From: Hemiscyllium ocellatum
Taxonomy: Eukaryota
NCBI RefSeq assembly: GCF_020745735.1
Contig: NC_083417.1
Location: 14,384,001-14,448,000, forward strand
Direction: 5' to 3'
Length of the DNA stretch: 64,000 bases
The notes under the pieces were generated by a model that saw only the letters and a program-made list of their open reading frames with translations, did no database searches and was not told the origin of the DNA. The number at the start of each line of letters is the position of its first letter. Positions within the stretch are counted from its first letter, which is position 1. The translations under genes were made by a program, and so were the position numbers. This document shows, piece after piece, positions 50,436 through 62,828 of this stretch.

Positions 50436-50954
50436 ACCAACATCTGATGGAAGTTCATCAAAGTTCAGAATAAGTAGACCTTCCTCAGCCAAAGTCAAAA
50501 TGGTGGACTATAGATATGAGTATTGTCACTTTATTATTGAAGGCTCTCAGTAATATCTTTGCAGAAAGTTTGATATCATCCATAGCAGCAGGATTATTCA
50601 GGTTACAGGCTGCTTCATAAGTACTTGCATCATCAGAGTTGATCCTGTGATGTATGAGTGGAGAGAATCTTTCGACTTCTCCAGCAACTTGATCATTCTA
50701 CATTCAGGCAGTCAAACAATGGTGCAAGATCTCAGTGTTCTGGACAAGTCCAACTAAGTCTGTCATAAGAGAATACAGATTCTGTGGCAGGTGGTCTTAA
50801 AGGAAGTGTATTTAGATTTTTAAATTTAAAACAATTAAACCGCTGGTTTAATGTTGATCTGACAGAGTCCGGGCAAATACTTTTTGAGTCAGAGTTTTAT
50901 TTCCACTCACATACCACACACCCCAACCCATGCTGAATATTTGTTCCCCGCATA

Positions 50955-51174
50955 CAGGTAGTTCTTCTATAATGGGATGGTTGCATTCTTGTACAACGAG
51001 TGCATTAGAGAAAGATTATGCTTTAGAAACAGTGCTTAAAGTGTTGGTGATGTAATCGTGTTAAGGCCAACACATGCTTTCAAACTTCCGGCTTTAGAAA
51101 CAGTGTCCACAATTTGTCAATCTCATTACAGTAAATTCGCATTAACGAAGTGCACATTATAACAAAACGGTCTG
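50955..51174. mobile_element. Tigger-like MITE
   Basis: TA|caggtagttcttctataatg ... cattataacaaaacggtctg|TA. Confidence 0.65.
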
Positions 51175-51219
51175 TACATATAATGCATGTAAATATGCCC
51201 AATCAAGTTCTCATCTAAG

Positions 51220-51695
51220 GGGAGACAATGCCCAAGTGGTATTATCATTGGATTATTAATCCAGAAACCCAGGTAATATTCTGGGAACCTGCTTTTGAGA
51301 TCAGCAAAAATATGGAATCAAGACTCTGATGATGAACATGAAAAAACTGTCAACTGTTGGGAGAAAATATCCATATCATTGACTTTAGGGAAGGAAATCT
51401 GCTGCGGTTACCTGGTCTGGCCCACATATGACTCCACATCCACAGTAATGTGATTAGATTAGATTCCCTACAGTGTGGAAACAGGCCCTTCGGCCCAACA
51501 AGTCCACACCGACCCGCCGAAGCGCAACCCACCCATACCCCTACATTTTACCTATTACCTAACACTATGGGCAATTTAGCACGGCCAATTCACCTAATCC
51601 GCACATCTTTGGACTGGTTGACTCTCAACTCAGTTAGGGATGGGCAATAAATGTTGGCTTGTCAATGACATCCACATCCTGTGAATGAATAAAAA
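51220..51695 (+). mobile_element. SINE-B with an inserted HE1 3' fragment (51452-51615, minus)
   Basis: Head gtggtattatcattggattattaatccaga; body tttagggaaggaaatctgc; tail gggatgggcaataaatgttgg...gaatgaataaaaaa. Confidence 0.7.
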
Positions 51696-52134
51696 ATGTT
51701 CATCTGTTCCCTGATTTAACTTGGTTCTCTGCCAGATCTACCTAGATAATGACAAATTCCCCTCTTTTCTTTTCATACGTATCCATAAATATACATGAAG
51801 ACCAAACAAAAAATACAAAATGATACCAAAGAAAATAAGATCTTCTGAATTGAAGAGGCCAGTCCATAAGTTGCTCTTTATGAAGTTACAGTCTCCAACA
51901 GGGAAAGGGGAGAATAAGCAGAAAATTAAGAGCTGAAGTAGAACCTGCCAACAGTCAATAACTGCACGGGAAGTAGAGACTTAGCACAGCCAACCAGACT
52001 GGTATCCAACCAGCTCATTACACAACCTGTAACCCATTCACCAATCTATATCCAGCCAGCCATTTAACCTGCACCCAAATGGCAGCTAGCCATCAGCAAC
52101 TGGCTAACCAACTCAAGCTAATGAAAGTTTGGAA

Positions 52135-52430
52135 ATAAAATTCATTCATGGGCTGTGGGCTAGCGCCAACACTTTTGGCCATCCCGAACCACATTGCTGT
52201 GGATGTGGAGTCACATATAGACCCAGTTGAGGAAGGATGGCAAATTTCCTTCCTTAAAGGATATCCATAATCCAAAGTTTTAATGATAATCAATAGTGGT
52301 CATTGTTAGAGGAGCCTCTTTCTTTACATATTGAATTCAAATTTCGCTGTGGTAGGACTCTTTTCAGAACATTAGCCTTTGGGTTCTGGATTACTAGTCC
52401 AATGATATTTCTGCGATGCCACCAGTAATG
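52135..52430 (-). mobile_element. SINE-B copy
   Basis: ttcattcatggg...gatgtggagtcacatatagacc...ggcaaatttccttccttaaagg...ttctggattactagtcc. Confidence 0.65.
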
Positions 52431-52821
52431 GAACCAGAGATCACCAATGTTCTTCCAAGCATTGCTGGCAGGAATGGAACTGTGTCACCAGAGGGGTGCA
52501 ACTGGTAGAAGCAAAGGCACAGCTGAGGAAAAAGCATTAGGAGCAGAGGAAAGCTGCAAATTGAAAATGGGACACATGCAGCCTGCACAGTCAGGCTGGT
52601 CCGTGAATTCCTCAATCAAAGTAGAAGTCTTGTCTACTATAAAATTCAGCTGCGTCTCTCTTTCTTTGAATCACTGCCCATGTGGTGATTGCCCTTTGAC
52701 TGTCTTCCTCCTTTTTAAATTTGCCATTGTTTTGATCTTCTTTTCCCAAGCAATTTAACATCTTATAAAACAGTAATTACTGCTCCTGGGATTTGAGGAA
52801 ATCAGCTCCAACACTAAAAAT

Positions 52822-53172
52822 TGAAATCGTGAGGGGCATGGATAGGGTAAATAGACAAGGTCTTTTCCGTGGTTCAGGGGAGTCAAAAACTAGAGGGCAT
52901 AGGGTTAAAGTGAGAGGGAAAAGATTTAAAAAGAATCTAAGGGGCAAAGTTTTCACGCAGAGGGTGGAATGAGCTGCCAGAGGAAGTGGTGGAGGCAGGT
53001 ACAACTATAACGTTTAAAAGTCACCTGGATGGATATATGATTTGGAAGGGTTTAAAGGGATAAGGGCCAAATGCTGGCAAACAGGACGATAGTTATTTCG
53101 GATATCTGGTCAGCATGGACGAAATGGACTGAAGGGTCTATTTCCATTCTGTACATCCCCATGACTCTACAA
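52822..53172 (+). mobile_element. CR1 3' fragment
   Basis: gaggggcatggatagggtaaatagacaagg...atgactct. Confidence 0.88.
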
Positions 53173-54036
53173 CTCTCACATTTTCTTGCTGTTCTGTTTT
53201 ACTTCCATCAATTTCCCTGCTTCCCTTATTGATCAGGGACAAATGCTTCTGCATGAGAGGCCCTGAGTACCTGCTGTGTTTATCATTTGAATGCTTCAGT
53301 CTTTATAAACAGAATAATAGCAATAAGATCCAGCCCAGTAAATTCCTTCAGGTTGAATATATGAAGAACATCAAGGCCACAGCAGAAATCCACATTCAGA
53401 ATACAAAGGATATTCGAATAAACCATTTGAATGAACAGCCTGGGAGGCATTTTGTGAAGAAGCCCAACACAAGTTGTGTTTCATTTACTGTAATTGTAAA
53501 TGAACTTATCATTTGCCATATTGTGTTAGTACAGTTAAACAGTAGTCCCTGAATTCAAACTGAGATTCAGTTGGTTAGCAATAAATCCATCGTGTTACAA
53601 GCACCGTGTTAGAGCCTTAAGTTTGCAGCACATTTATAATAATTCTCAGCAGGAAGTGCTTTTGCACTTCTTTTAAGATAGATATATGAGAAACTACAAA
53701 GAAACTATCACAGCTAGTGGAATCTATTTTAATCCTTGAAGGGATGCTGCTAACAAAAAGCGCAGTCTTGGGTTGAAGGAGGAAGCTAAACTTAAGGATA
53801 AATCCAATAAATTTGAAGTTATTGAAATGCAACATCTTACTGTTCAAACAGGGAGTGTTAATCAATGGGCTTGAAGGAGTTACAGATCTACAGAATGAAG
53901 AAACCTGGCTTAACATCAGTTACTTGCATTTCCAGTGACAAATACAAGATTCAAATAGCAATTTTGTAATTTTGACTGCATTATGTTAAAACAGTTCCTT
54001 CAAGCCGAGCTGTTCAGATGCTTTCCTGTCATGCAG

Positions 54037-54067
<31 letters not shown>
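54037..54067. repeat. (GT)n microsatellite
   Basis: About 15 GT units. Confidence 0.95.
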
Positions 54068-54069
<2 letters not shown>

Positions 54070-54234
54070 GGGGAGGGGGGAGGTGACAACCAAAATTGAA
54101 ATATTCAATAGAACAAACAAAAGATTGTTGAGATAGATCACACTTCTTTGCAATCTTTGTTTAATGGGTGCATTAAACTCTGAAACAATTGTCTTTTTGG
54201 GATTTTCAAGCCAATCCACAAGCCCCTGGTAAGA

Positions 54235-54345
54235 GTTCTTGTGGTGCAGTGGTAGTGTCCCTACCTCTGAGCCAGGAGGCCCGCGTTCGAGTACCACCTA
54301 CTCCAGAGGTGTGCAATAACGTCACTGAGTAGCTTGATTTGAAAA
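54235..54345 (+). mobile_element. tRNA-derived SINE head (another family)
   Basis: gtggtgcagtggtagtgtccctacctctgagccaggaggcccgcgttcgagt (A and B boxes). Confidence 0.6.
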
Positions 54346-54497
54346 AAATGTTAGGACCCTGGCAGATGTCAGGGAGCAAGCTGATATGTTGCCAGTAGTA
54401 GATGAGCTGTGGGAGAGTGGGCTGGTGGGCCAGGCAAGTAATGAGACCCTCCCCATGTGCCTGTGGCAGCAGGTTCCCTTGTTTCCAACTTCACAAC

Positions 54498-54670
54498 TTA
54501 ATTAGAGGCAAAAAAAACTGCAGATGCTAGAATCCAAAGTAGACAGGCAGGAGGCTGGAAGAACACAGCAAGCCAGGCAGCATCAGGAGGTGGAGAGGTC
54601 AACGTTTCTTCAGGAGGCGTTCTCCTCCTGATGCTGCCTGGCTTGTTGTGTTCTTCCGGACTCCTGCTTC
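54498..54670 (-). mobile_element. PLE-terminus palindromic mini-element (family 4)
   Basis: Arms gcaggaggctggaagaacacagcaagccaggcagcatcaggagg / cctcctgatgctgcctggcttgttgtgttcttccggactcctgc. TSD ccaa(c/t)ttcacaac at 54485-54497 and 54671-54683. Confidence 0.82.
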
Positions 54671-55020
54671 CCAATTTCACAACAGCGGTCTGACTGCTGA
54701 GGCTGCTTTTTGATTTAATACTTTTGAAATGTGCAGTGAAAGAACCTTAAAATGAAGGCATTCTCTCTCTCTCTGGACTACAAGCAGCTGCTCATTCAAA
54801 GATGGAGGGACCTCCTGTTCACACTTCAAAGGATACTCCACAACACCATCATTCATAATGATGAGCGCATTCTCTGGCTATTCATTGGCTATTCAGGGAA
54901 CATTGCTTTCGGGTGACTGTATCTCACAGAGTGAGGGATTGTGACCCCACTTGATGCATCCTGTGGGTTTCTGACTGATCCAACTATATGCTGTCCTCCC
55001 AGTTTGTATTTCCTAATATG

Positions 55021-55218
55021 AAATCAGAAATCGCTGGAGAAACTCAATGGGTCTGGCAGCATCTTGGAGAGAAAGCAGAGTCAACGTGCAGTGTCACCAG
55101 ACCCAAAAAGATAATTTTGTTCTCTCTTCACAAATATTGGCAGACCTGGTGAACTTTTCCAGCAATTCCTGTTTGTGTTTCTGATTTCCAGCATCCCCAG
55201 TTCTTTCGGTTTTTATTA
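55021..55218 (+). mobile_element. PLE-terminus palindromic mini-element (family 3), copy 1 of an inverted duplication
   Basis: cagaaatcgctggagaaactc...ggcagcatc / ggcagacctggtgaacttttccagcaattcctg plus tail. Confidence 0.75.
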
Positions 55219-55470
55219 TTAACTTGTTGCTGGATATATCCAAGTGAACTCCTGTCCTGCCTTAACCTCCTCTCCAGCCGGTTTAATAATTAATTCTTCG
55301 GTGCATCAGAATCGCAGAAAATAGTAAGAAACACAACAGGCAAGGAAGCCAATAAGTACTCCCTGTGAAAGGCAAGGACGTGTAATATTACAGGCCATCG
55401 TCATGGTGAAAAGGGCAAGGGAGGAGGTTAAGGCAGGTCAAGAATTCACTTGGACATATCTGGCAACAAA

Positions 55471-55677
55471 TTAATAAAAATCAAAAGAACTGTGGATGCT
55501 GGAAATCAGAAACACAAACAGGAATTGCTGGAAAAGCTCACCAGGTCTGCCAGTATTTGTGAAGAGAGAAACAAAATTAAATTTTTGGGTCTGGTGACAC
55601 TGCACGCTGACTCTGCTTTCTCTCCAACATGCTGCCAGACTCATTGAATTTCTCCAGCAATTTCTGTTTTTGTGTCA
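55471..55677 (-). mobile_element. PLE-terminus palindromic mini-element (family 3), copy 2 of an inverted duplication
   Basis: Reverse complement of 55021-55218, including the same idiosyncratic centre and flanks. Confidence 0.75.
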
Positions 55678-55959
55678 AAAAATACAAACTGGAAGGACAG
55701 CATATAGTTGGATCAGGCATTACACCCTGTATGAGGAATTCTATGGGCTATAATGAGAATGAATAAACAGTGATTAGTTACTTTTCAAAGCATCAGATGG
55801 ATTGGAACTATTCCAAAATCAGGATACGCATTGCTCTGTGCCTAGCAACCCTTTATACCAACTACCTCTCCTTTGTTATATCTCTGTCCAATGTTAACAT
55901 TTTCTCTTCCCAGAAAAAAAAATCACCTGGGATTGGAGGTGGTGGGAGAAGGAGTTGCA

Positions 55960-56800
55960 AATCTCTAAACATAAACATGACAACATCAGCTTCCACAAAG
56001 TTATCTCATTACTCATTGAGAAATTTCCTCACTAGTCCTTCGTTCTGTGGTTTGGCAATAAGCGCAGTGTTACTCTCAGGATCATGTCTCCCCTCTGATG
56101 GGGATCGGACAGACGGTTATGAACGCGCAACTCACTGGAGCCATCAGAAACTGAGGCATAAATTTACTGCCGTTAGCACTGACAGCTGCCGAAACTCAGA
56201 GGAAACAGCAGCTGGAATTCGCCCTTCACAAAAACTTAACCCTGTCAGATTTTTCATTGCACATCTAATAAGGATTTCTGAGGAATGCAGCACTCAATTT
56301 ACTGCACAGGGGGAATAAAAGAAAGCGAGACAAAAATGTAAGATTTGGGAGTGAAATGATTTCGTATCAAATTAATAGTTTTGTGGGAAGGATAATTTTT
56401 TTTATAAATTCCCAGATTTCTAAGTATCATTTATATTTCTGTGAGTGTTGTACAACCGAGAATAGCCAAGTTGACTGAAAGGTGGGTTTGCAGACCTAAG
56501 CCTATAATTGCAGCAATGCTGACCCAAGCATCTCATAAATTATGTGACAGCTCTTAAAAATCAGGACATTTGGAATAGGAATTGTAAATTGCTATTTTTC
56601 ATAAAATAAGCCACTACAAAGTTGGCAGTTTTTTTATAAACCTCGTAAGCAATTTAACTAATCGCAAACAAGTCGGAGCTGTTGACTGGAATTATATTAC
56701 AGCATTTGAAAATGCTTTGAAAAAACTTTGGAAAATCCTATTTATTGTTTCGGCACGTGTTGTAGAATGACACATCCAACAAGCACTGTCACTGATAATT
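55960..56800. promoter_or_regulatory. Candidate conserved non-coding element / enhancer
   Basis: Repeat-free, with several retained CpGs, multiple TGACAG/CTGTCA (Meis-type) and CATAAA/TTTATAA/CTCGTAA (posterior Hox/Cdx-type) motifs. Inference only. Confidence 0.4.
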
Positions 56801-57014
56801 GAAACAACTCTCCCTTTCTTGGATGAGACCTAGCCATATGTTCCAGCTTAATACATTAAGCTGCAGTTATCTAAAAGGGAATAATTATTATTACTTCTAA
56901 GTTTGAGTTATTCAGAATATGATAGTGATGGCTAAGTTAACACAAACATATGAATAATAACTTACAGCTAAGCATTCTTTGGTCCATCAAGTTTGTCTCA
57001 CTCAATTTTGTAGC

Positions 57015-57250
57015 AATCAAAATGCCCAGACTAACCCTCTGGGGACAGAGGTTCAAATCTCCATTAAACCTCACTATGGCAAAGGGTAGAATTTAACTTC
57101 AATGAGTGAATAAATTGAATGAACAGATCCAGAACGAAAAGTTGGTCTCAATAATAGTGATCGTGAAACTATCATTGATTGTCATTAAAAAATCTGGTTC
57201 ATTAATCTCCTTCAGAGAAAGAAATCTGTGATCTTCTTTCAGTCTGGCCT
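57015..57250 (+). mobile_element. SINE-B fragment
   Basis: ggggacagaggttcaaatc...aaaaatctggttcattaatctccttcagagaaagaaatctg. Confidence 0.55.
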
Positions 57251-57394
57251 CAGTGATAAAGTTGCTGTACATTAGATCGCTTATTCCAAAGAAGAAATTG
57301 ATAACATTTTACAAATCTAAAAGGAAATATCTAAATGTAGAACCATAGGCAGTTTATAATTTTCTTCAGAATTCTAGGTGCCACCACAAATTTT

Positions 57395-57690
57395 AGACTG
57401 TTCCAAGGTGCTTTACAGGAGTCTGATCAGACACAAGTTTATGCAGGGCCACATAAAGAGATATTAGGTCAGGTGACCAAAAGCCTGAGTAAAAGATGTA
57501 GGCTTCAGGAAGGAAGATAAAGGAGGTGAGAGATGCAGTAAGGTTTAGGGAGGAGATTTCAGAGATTAAAGCCTAAGTAATTGAAGGCACAGCTGCTACT
57601 GATGGAAGAAAGTAAATCAGGCATGTGCAAGATGTCAGAATTGATAGAGTGCAGAGAACTAGGGGCATTGGAGTAGGTTAAAGAGTTGGA
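57395..57690 (-). mobile_element. L2-type LINE 3' end
   Basis: ccaaggtgctttacagga...agatattaggtcaggtgaccaaaagc...tttagggaggagatttcagag; a related copy lies at ~59110-59345. Confidence 0.55.
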
Positions 57691-59715
57691 AAACAGAAAG
57701 GCAGAAATAGGAAAACACAATTGCCCATAATGCTTGACCTGCTGTCATATGGTTTGGGACAAACATCATTGCCTTCTAACACCCTCAATTCCCCTCTTTT
57801 TATTTAGAAATGCTTCTATAGAATTCATGATCATGTGATGGGGTACAAATCTATTCCAACTCAAATGAACAGTTTCAAGTATAAGTGAGTTACACCCGAA
57901 CTTAGCCCGAGATTTTCTATGCAGTTTATAATTACATTTCTCAGTTTTGCACAACATACTTGATTTGTTACAAATCACAACTCATTCCACTAATTTCTTT
58001 CCTCATTTAAAGAAATGTGGATTCTATGTTACCTGAAGCATTTGCTAAAGTAACAAAAAAAGTTTCCTTAGTTTTGAAAATACCTGGATGAGGGTATGAA
58101 ATGTCATAACACTCAAGGATATGGGCCTAGCACTGGAAAGTGTTGATTTTGTATAGTTTTGTCAGTATAGACTTGATGGGCTGAAGGACCTCTTCTGTCC
58201 TATGTGATTCTAACCTCTCTTTCTTGTTCACTGTAAGTATAGCAACCAAAACCTGACATAATATTAAAAGCACAACTTAATGCATTGAAATTGTCTTGGT
58301 AAGAGCAACTCTATACTACCAACATTGGATGCAGCAGTTCGATTTTTGCTAATCATTTTGCATACATCATTGTTCCCATTCTTACCAATTGTAATGCAAG
58401 CATTATTATTTTAATAACCCTGAAGAAGATATCATTACAGGCATCTCATAAGTTACTAAACATCTATAAATCTCTAAAAAACAGCTATTTTCTTGCACGT
58501 TTTTCACATTAAAGTGGCTCAATCATACACTTTTACAATCACAAACTAGTTACAGGTCTGTTAAGGTCCTTACAAGAACAGCAAACATCTTAGCCAAGCA
58601 AATCATGTCCTGCAAGTTTATTGAAAGAGTTTGAGGATGTAAAAGAGATGACAAGACTCCTGAGCAATTTCAATGTTCACAGTTGACTAACTTGACCTGT
58701 TATCATCGTTAAGTACTCTTGTTTCCCATTATGCAACAAATCAATAAACCAATTTACAAGTTCTCTACAGTTCTGAATCCCATGCTCTGGCCCTGCGTTT
58801 ATAAGGAGGAACCTTAGCCAATGTTTTTTTTACGCGTTAAGATAGACCATATCAATCACTTAGATTACATCCCAAATTGTATTAGCATGCTGTGATCTGC
58901 ATTTCGTGGATGCTTGTTTGATTGGACTAATCTTCCATATTCCCTGAAATGTTTGCTATCTTCCAAAGTTGTAAAAAAGTATTCATTTAGATTAAACATA
59001 ACTTAAAATGACTGTGATCAATATCTAGCGTAGCTAAGAAATGTTTAGCCTTTGCTCCAGAATCATATTCAATTCAAACTTATATACCATGGAGACACAC
59101 CAATAATAATTGCGTGTGCATCTATCAGCATTACAAAGTTAACATGCCATATATTCCAGTGGAATGTCACAAGAACAGCTGTCAAACTCAATTTCCTATG
59201 GGGTCATGTGAGAAGATATTAGGACAGGGGACCAAAAGGTTGGCCAATGCAGTAGTTGCAAAGGAGAGAAGTAGAAGAGGTGGCTTTGTGAAGGAATTCC
59301 AGGGCTTAGGGCCTCGTCGTCTGAAAGTACAACCACCACCTAAAGCAAACTCAAGTATATGCAATTTCACAATACTGTTAGATGGAGCGGGCATGACCCT
59401 GCAGTGAGACAGCTTTATACCAAATGCCTGTTAAGTTAAAGCCAACCTCTTTTATAAAGGTTGAAATACAATTACAAATTCCAGGAAAGTGAGGAGCAAA
59501 GGGTCGCAGTATGCCCTATAAAGTAGTTGTTGTTCTACCATATAATTAATACGAAAGAGTTAACCTGAGCGAACCTGGAACTCCACATAATCTGATATAT
59601 TATACAACCACTGGAAGCAGTTTCGAGCTGTGTGAGGTAGTTCATGTAGCCAAGCATAGTTTCCTGATGGAGATATGTGTGTTGTCCCTCTTTTTAATTG
59701 TTTCTTGTTAGTAAT

Positions 59716-59913
59716 GATCGCACAACAACAGGTTACAGTCCAACAGGTTTATTTGGAAGCATTAGCTTTTGAGGCACTGCCTCTTCATCAGGTCACCTGA
59801 TGAAAAGACAATGCCTCAAAAGCTAGTGCTTCCAAATAAACCTGTTGGACTATAACCTGGTGTGGTGTGATTTTTAACTATGCCCACCCCAGTCCAAAAC
59901 CGGTATCTCCAAA
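59716..59913 (+). mobile_element. PLE-terminus palindromic mini-element (family 2) with two back-to-back HHR motifs
   Basis: Centre ttcatcaggt-c-acctgatgaa (59794). Perfect 13-bp TSD tcttgttagtaat at 59703-59715 and 59914-59926. Confidence 0.9.
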
Positions 59914-61269
59914 TCTTGTTAGTAATAGTTAATATGCGTAAGCTTGACTGTAACTTGTGTATAGTTACTGTGACGTATAAACTGCACCCTATTATCTAAG
60001 ACAAAATACTCTTCTGCTCAGACTTACTCATGGTTCATCCTTCATCGTTGATGACAAGAAAGCCCCTGACTTATACAGGAAGAAGGATTGGTGGCAGCAC
60101 TCTACTCTAAGTACTAGTGGATGGCACTCAGGCCTTGTCACCACTATTATCAGAGCAGGCAGAAGATTGAGGCATACTTTAGTTCTATTTTAAAATGAAT
60201 AGACTGGAAGTTTAAAAGCTTAGGTATTTCTCTTTGCTCATGTATATTCATTTTTGTTCGATACTGTCTTGCTCAATCTACCTGGAGACAGTAAAGAATG
60301 GCATTCCTCATCATCAACATGACTCGTAGGCAGGACAGCCTTCTGTGTTCCCTGAGTCTACAGAACCCAAGGATGAACAGCAAATGAACTGTGTCAAAAT
60401 TTTATACCTGCATTGTTCCCAATGCAAGCACGAAGAGAATTAACATACGGATTTCTGTTGCATGAACCATGTAAGCATTATATAGAATTGCTTCATAAAA
60501 CATATCCATGAATGTAATGAATTGAAAATATATAACAACATTTATGTTTTTAGTTAAGAGTCAACAGAAGTTACACCATCTTCTATGGAAACCCAGTTTC
60601 CCAATGTAGTATTTTTGCAATAAGCATTTCTCGAGGGAAGCAGCAATGACTATGTACCTACCATATGCTCACACTCTACTCCATTTGCAATTTTCGGACG
60701 ACTTGAATTGATGCTAAAATAATGTTTTATTAATGATCCTTCTTTGTTACATTGTAATTTGTCCACCACTCTGCCTACTGTCTTGTCTTGTCAGGAATTA
60801 CTGTGCTGTCTTGCATGTTTTGCATTTTTCTATGTGCTTTATGCTGCTCTGTGTATGACTGTACTCTTGTCTAGTCTGTGGGTTCATATAGCACCTTGGT
60901 CCTGGAGGAACACTGTCTCATTTTTATTGTACCATCTGTATATGGTAGAAATGACAAATAAAGTTATTCTACTCTACTCTACCAGTTTGAGATGTGTGTG
61001 GGGAAATATTAACTGATGTTCCCTGGTCTCAATCATGTCCTAAGCCATCCTGCTGGAGAGTGTATATAACTGGTTACCAGAGAGGAATTTGCTTGCGATT
61101 GCTTCTATCATTGAATGGAAACCCATCCCAGCTGTCCTGAATCATGTCAGGAGAATGGTCTCATGGTACCAGAAGATCAACTTTCTCTGTGGAACTGGAT
61201 AGAAAGAAAGAAAGTCCTAATATTGATATCATCACCTCAGGATGTCCCAATGCACCAATTAAGTATTTT

Positions 61270-61500
61270 TTGAACTATAGTTAATAGTTTTACTGCTGAA
61301 TGTGTGGCAGGAATGGTAGGCAGCCAAACTATGCACAGAAAGCTCCAACAAGTAGCAATTACTGTACATTTTAAATGTTGGTAGGGTAACAAACATTTGG
61401 AGGGGAAACTGTGGAGAACTCCATTGCTGTCCTGAGAATATTGCCAGAAGGTCTTTTCTATCCACCAGAGAGCAGGTAAGGCTCCAGTCACACCTGAAAG
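61270..61500 (-). mobile_element. Deu-domain SINE fragment
   Basis: gcagccaaactatgcacagaaagctcc...gtcttttctatccaccagagagcag. Confidence 0.5.
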
Positions 61501-61504
61501 ACAA

Positions 61505-62610
61505 ATAGAGTCACAGGGGTCGACAGCACAGTCAAAGGCCCTTTGACCCATTGTGTCCATGTTGGTCAAAAACAACCACCTAACTATTCTACATTCCAGC
61601 ATTTGGCCTACAGCCTTGGCATCACACATTAATGTGTCTTCAACATCCTGAAGGTTTCTGCCCCAACCACACTTAGGGCAGTGAGGTCCAGATTCCCATC
61701 CTCTGGGGAAAGGGTTTTTTTCCCACAGCTCTTCTATATCATCTGTCCTTTACATTCAATCTACACACTCTGGTCTTTGATTCCCTCCAACAAACAAAAA
61801 GGTTCCTTCCCGTCCATTCTTCTATGCTCCTCATAATTTTACACATTTCAATCATGTTCCTGCTCAATCGGCAGGTGGCTCAGTGGTTAGCACTGCTGCC
61901 TCACAGCACCAGGGCCCCAGGTTCAATTCCAGCCTCAGGTAACTGTCTGTGTGGAGTTTGCACATTCTCCCCATGTCTGTGTGGGTTTCCACAGGGTGCT
62001 CCGGTTTCCACCCACAATCCAAAGATGTGCAGGTCAGGGTGAATTGGCCATGCTAAATTATCCATAGTGTTAGGTGCATTAGTCACAGGGAAATGGGTCT
62101 GAGTGGGTTACTCTTCCGAGGGTCGGTGTGGACTGGTTGGGCCGAAGGACTTGTTTCCACACTGTAGGGAATCTAATCAATCTCCAATGCTCTGAGGAAA
62201 ATAAAACAATCTGTCCAATCACTCTTCACAACTGAAATCCTTCAGTTCCAGGCAACATCCTGGAAAATCTTCTCTGCAACCTCTCCAGGGCTGTCACATC
62301 TTTCTTATAATGCGGATTCCAGAACTGCACATAGTTCACTGGCTGTGGCATAACTGACATCTTATATTGTTCTCACATAACTCTTCTGCTCTGCACCTTG
62401 GCTAGTAAAGGCAAATAAACCATAGTCTTCTTAACCATTTTATCCTGTCCTGACACCCTAAGAGATCGTGATCTTTCACTCCAAGGTCCCTCTGATCCTC
62501 GGTCCTTTTCCTCATTGTGTATTCTCTTGCCTTGCTTGTCTTGCCCAAATGCGGTTGATGATTGAATTCCATTTGTTATTGATTAGCCCATCTGACCAGC
62601 CTGTCTATAA
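61505..62610 (-). mobile_element. Old CR1 fragment interrupted by an HE1 SINE
   Basis: ggcaacatcctggaaaatcttctctgcaacctctccagg...ccagaactgcacatag. Confidence 0.7.
61869..62177 (+). mobile_element. HE1-type V-SINE, full length
   Basis: ggtggctcagtggttagcactgctgcctcacagc...tttccacactgtagggaatctaatc. Confidence 0.9.
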
Positions 62611-62828
62611 GATGGTTGGGAGTGAGGATGGAGGTATGGGCAGGATAAAAATTTATTAACAGTCTAATCTTCCTCGGTGATATATTCCACAACCAGCACA
62701 GTGTTGCTGAGCTGCATTTTACTCAAACTGAAATGAGCTGGATGTTAAGTGCTAGTGAGAGTAATTCAGGGATGATGCTTTTACAGATTGGGTGTATTAA
62801 TCAAACTTTGTGTTGCTGTTAAGATAAA

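Noticed and set aside
53350-53552. Possible exon after ttccttcag (VEYMKNIKATAE...)
   Set aside because: No clear donor site and no recognisable protein.
55770-56318. 182-aa ORF
   Set aside because: GTG start, no recognisable domain, composition looks non-coding.
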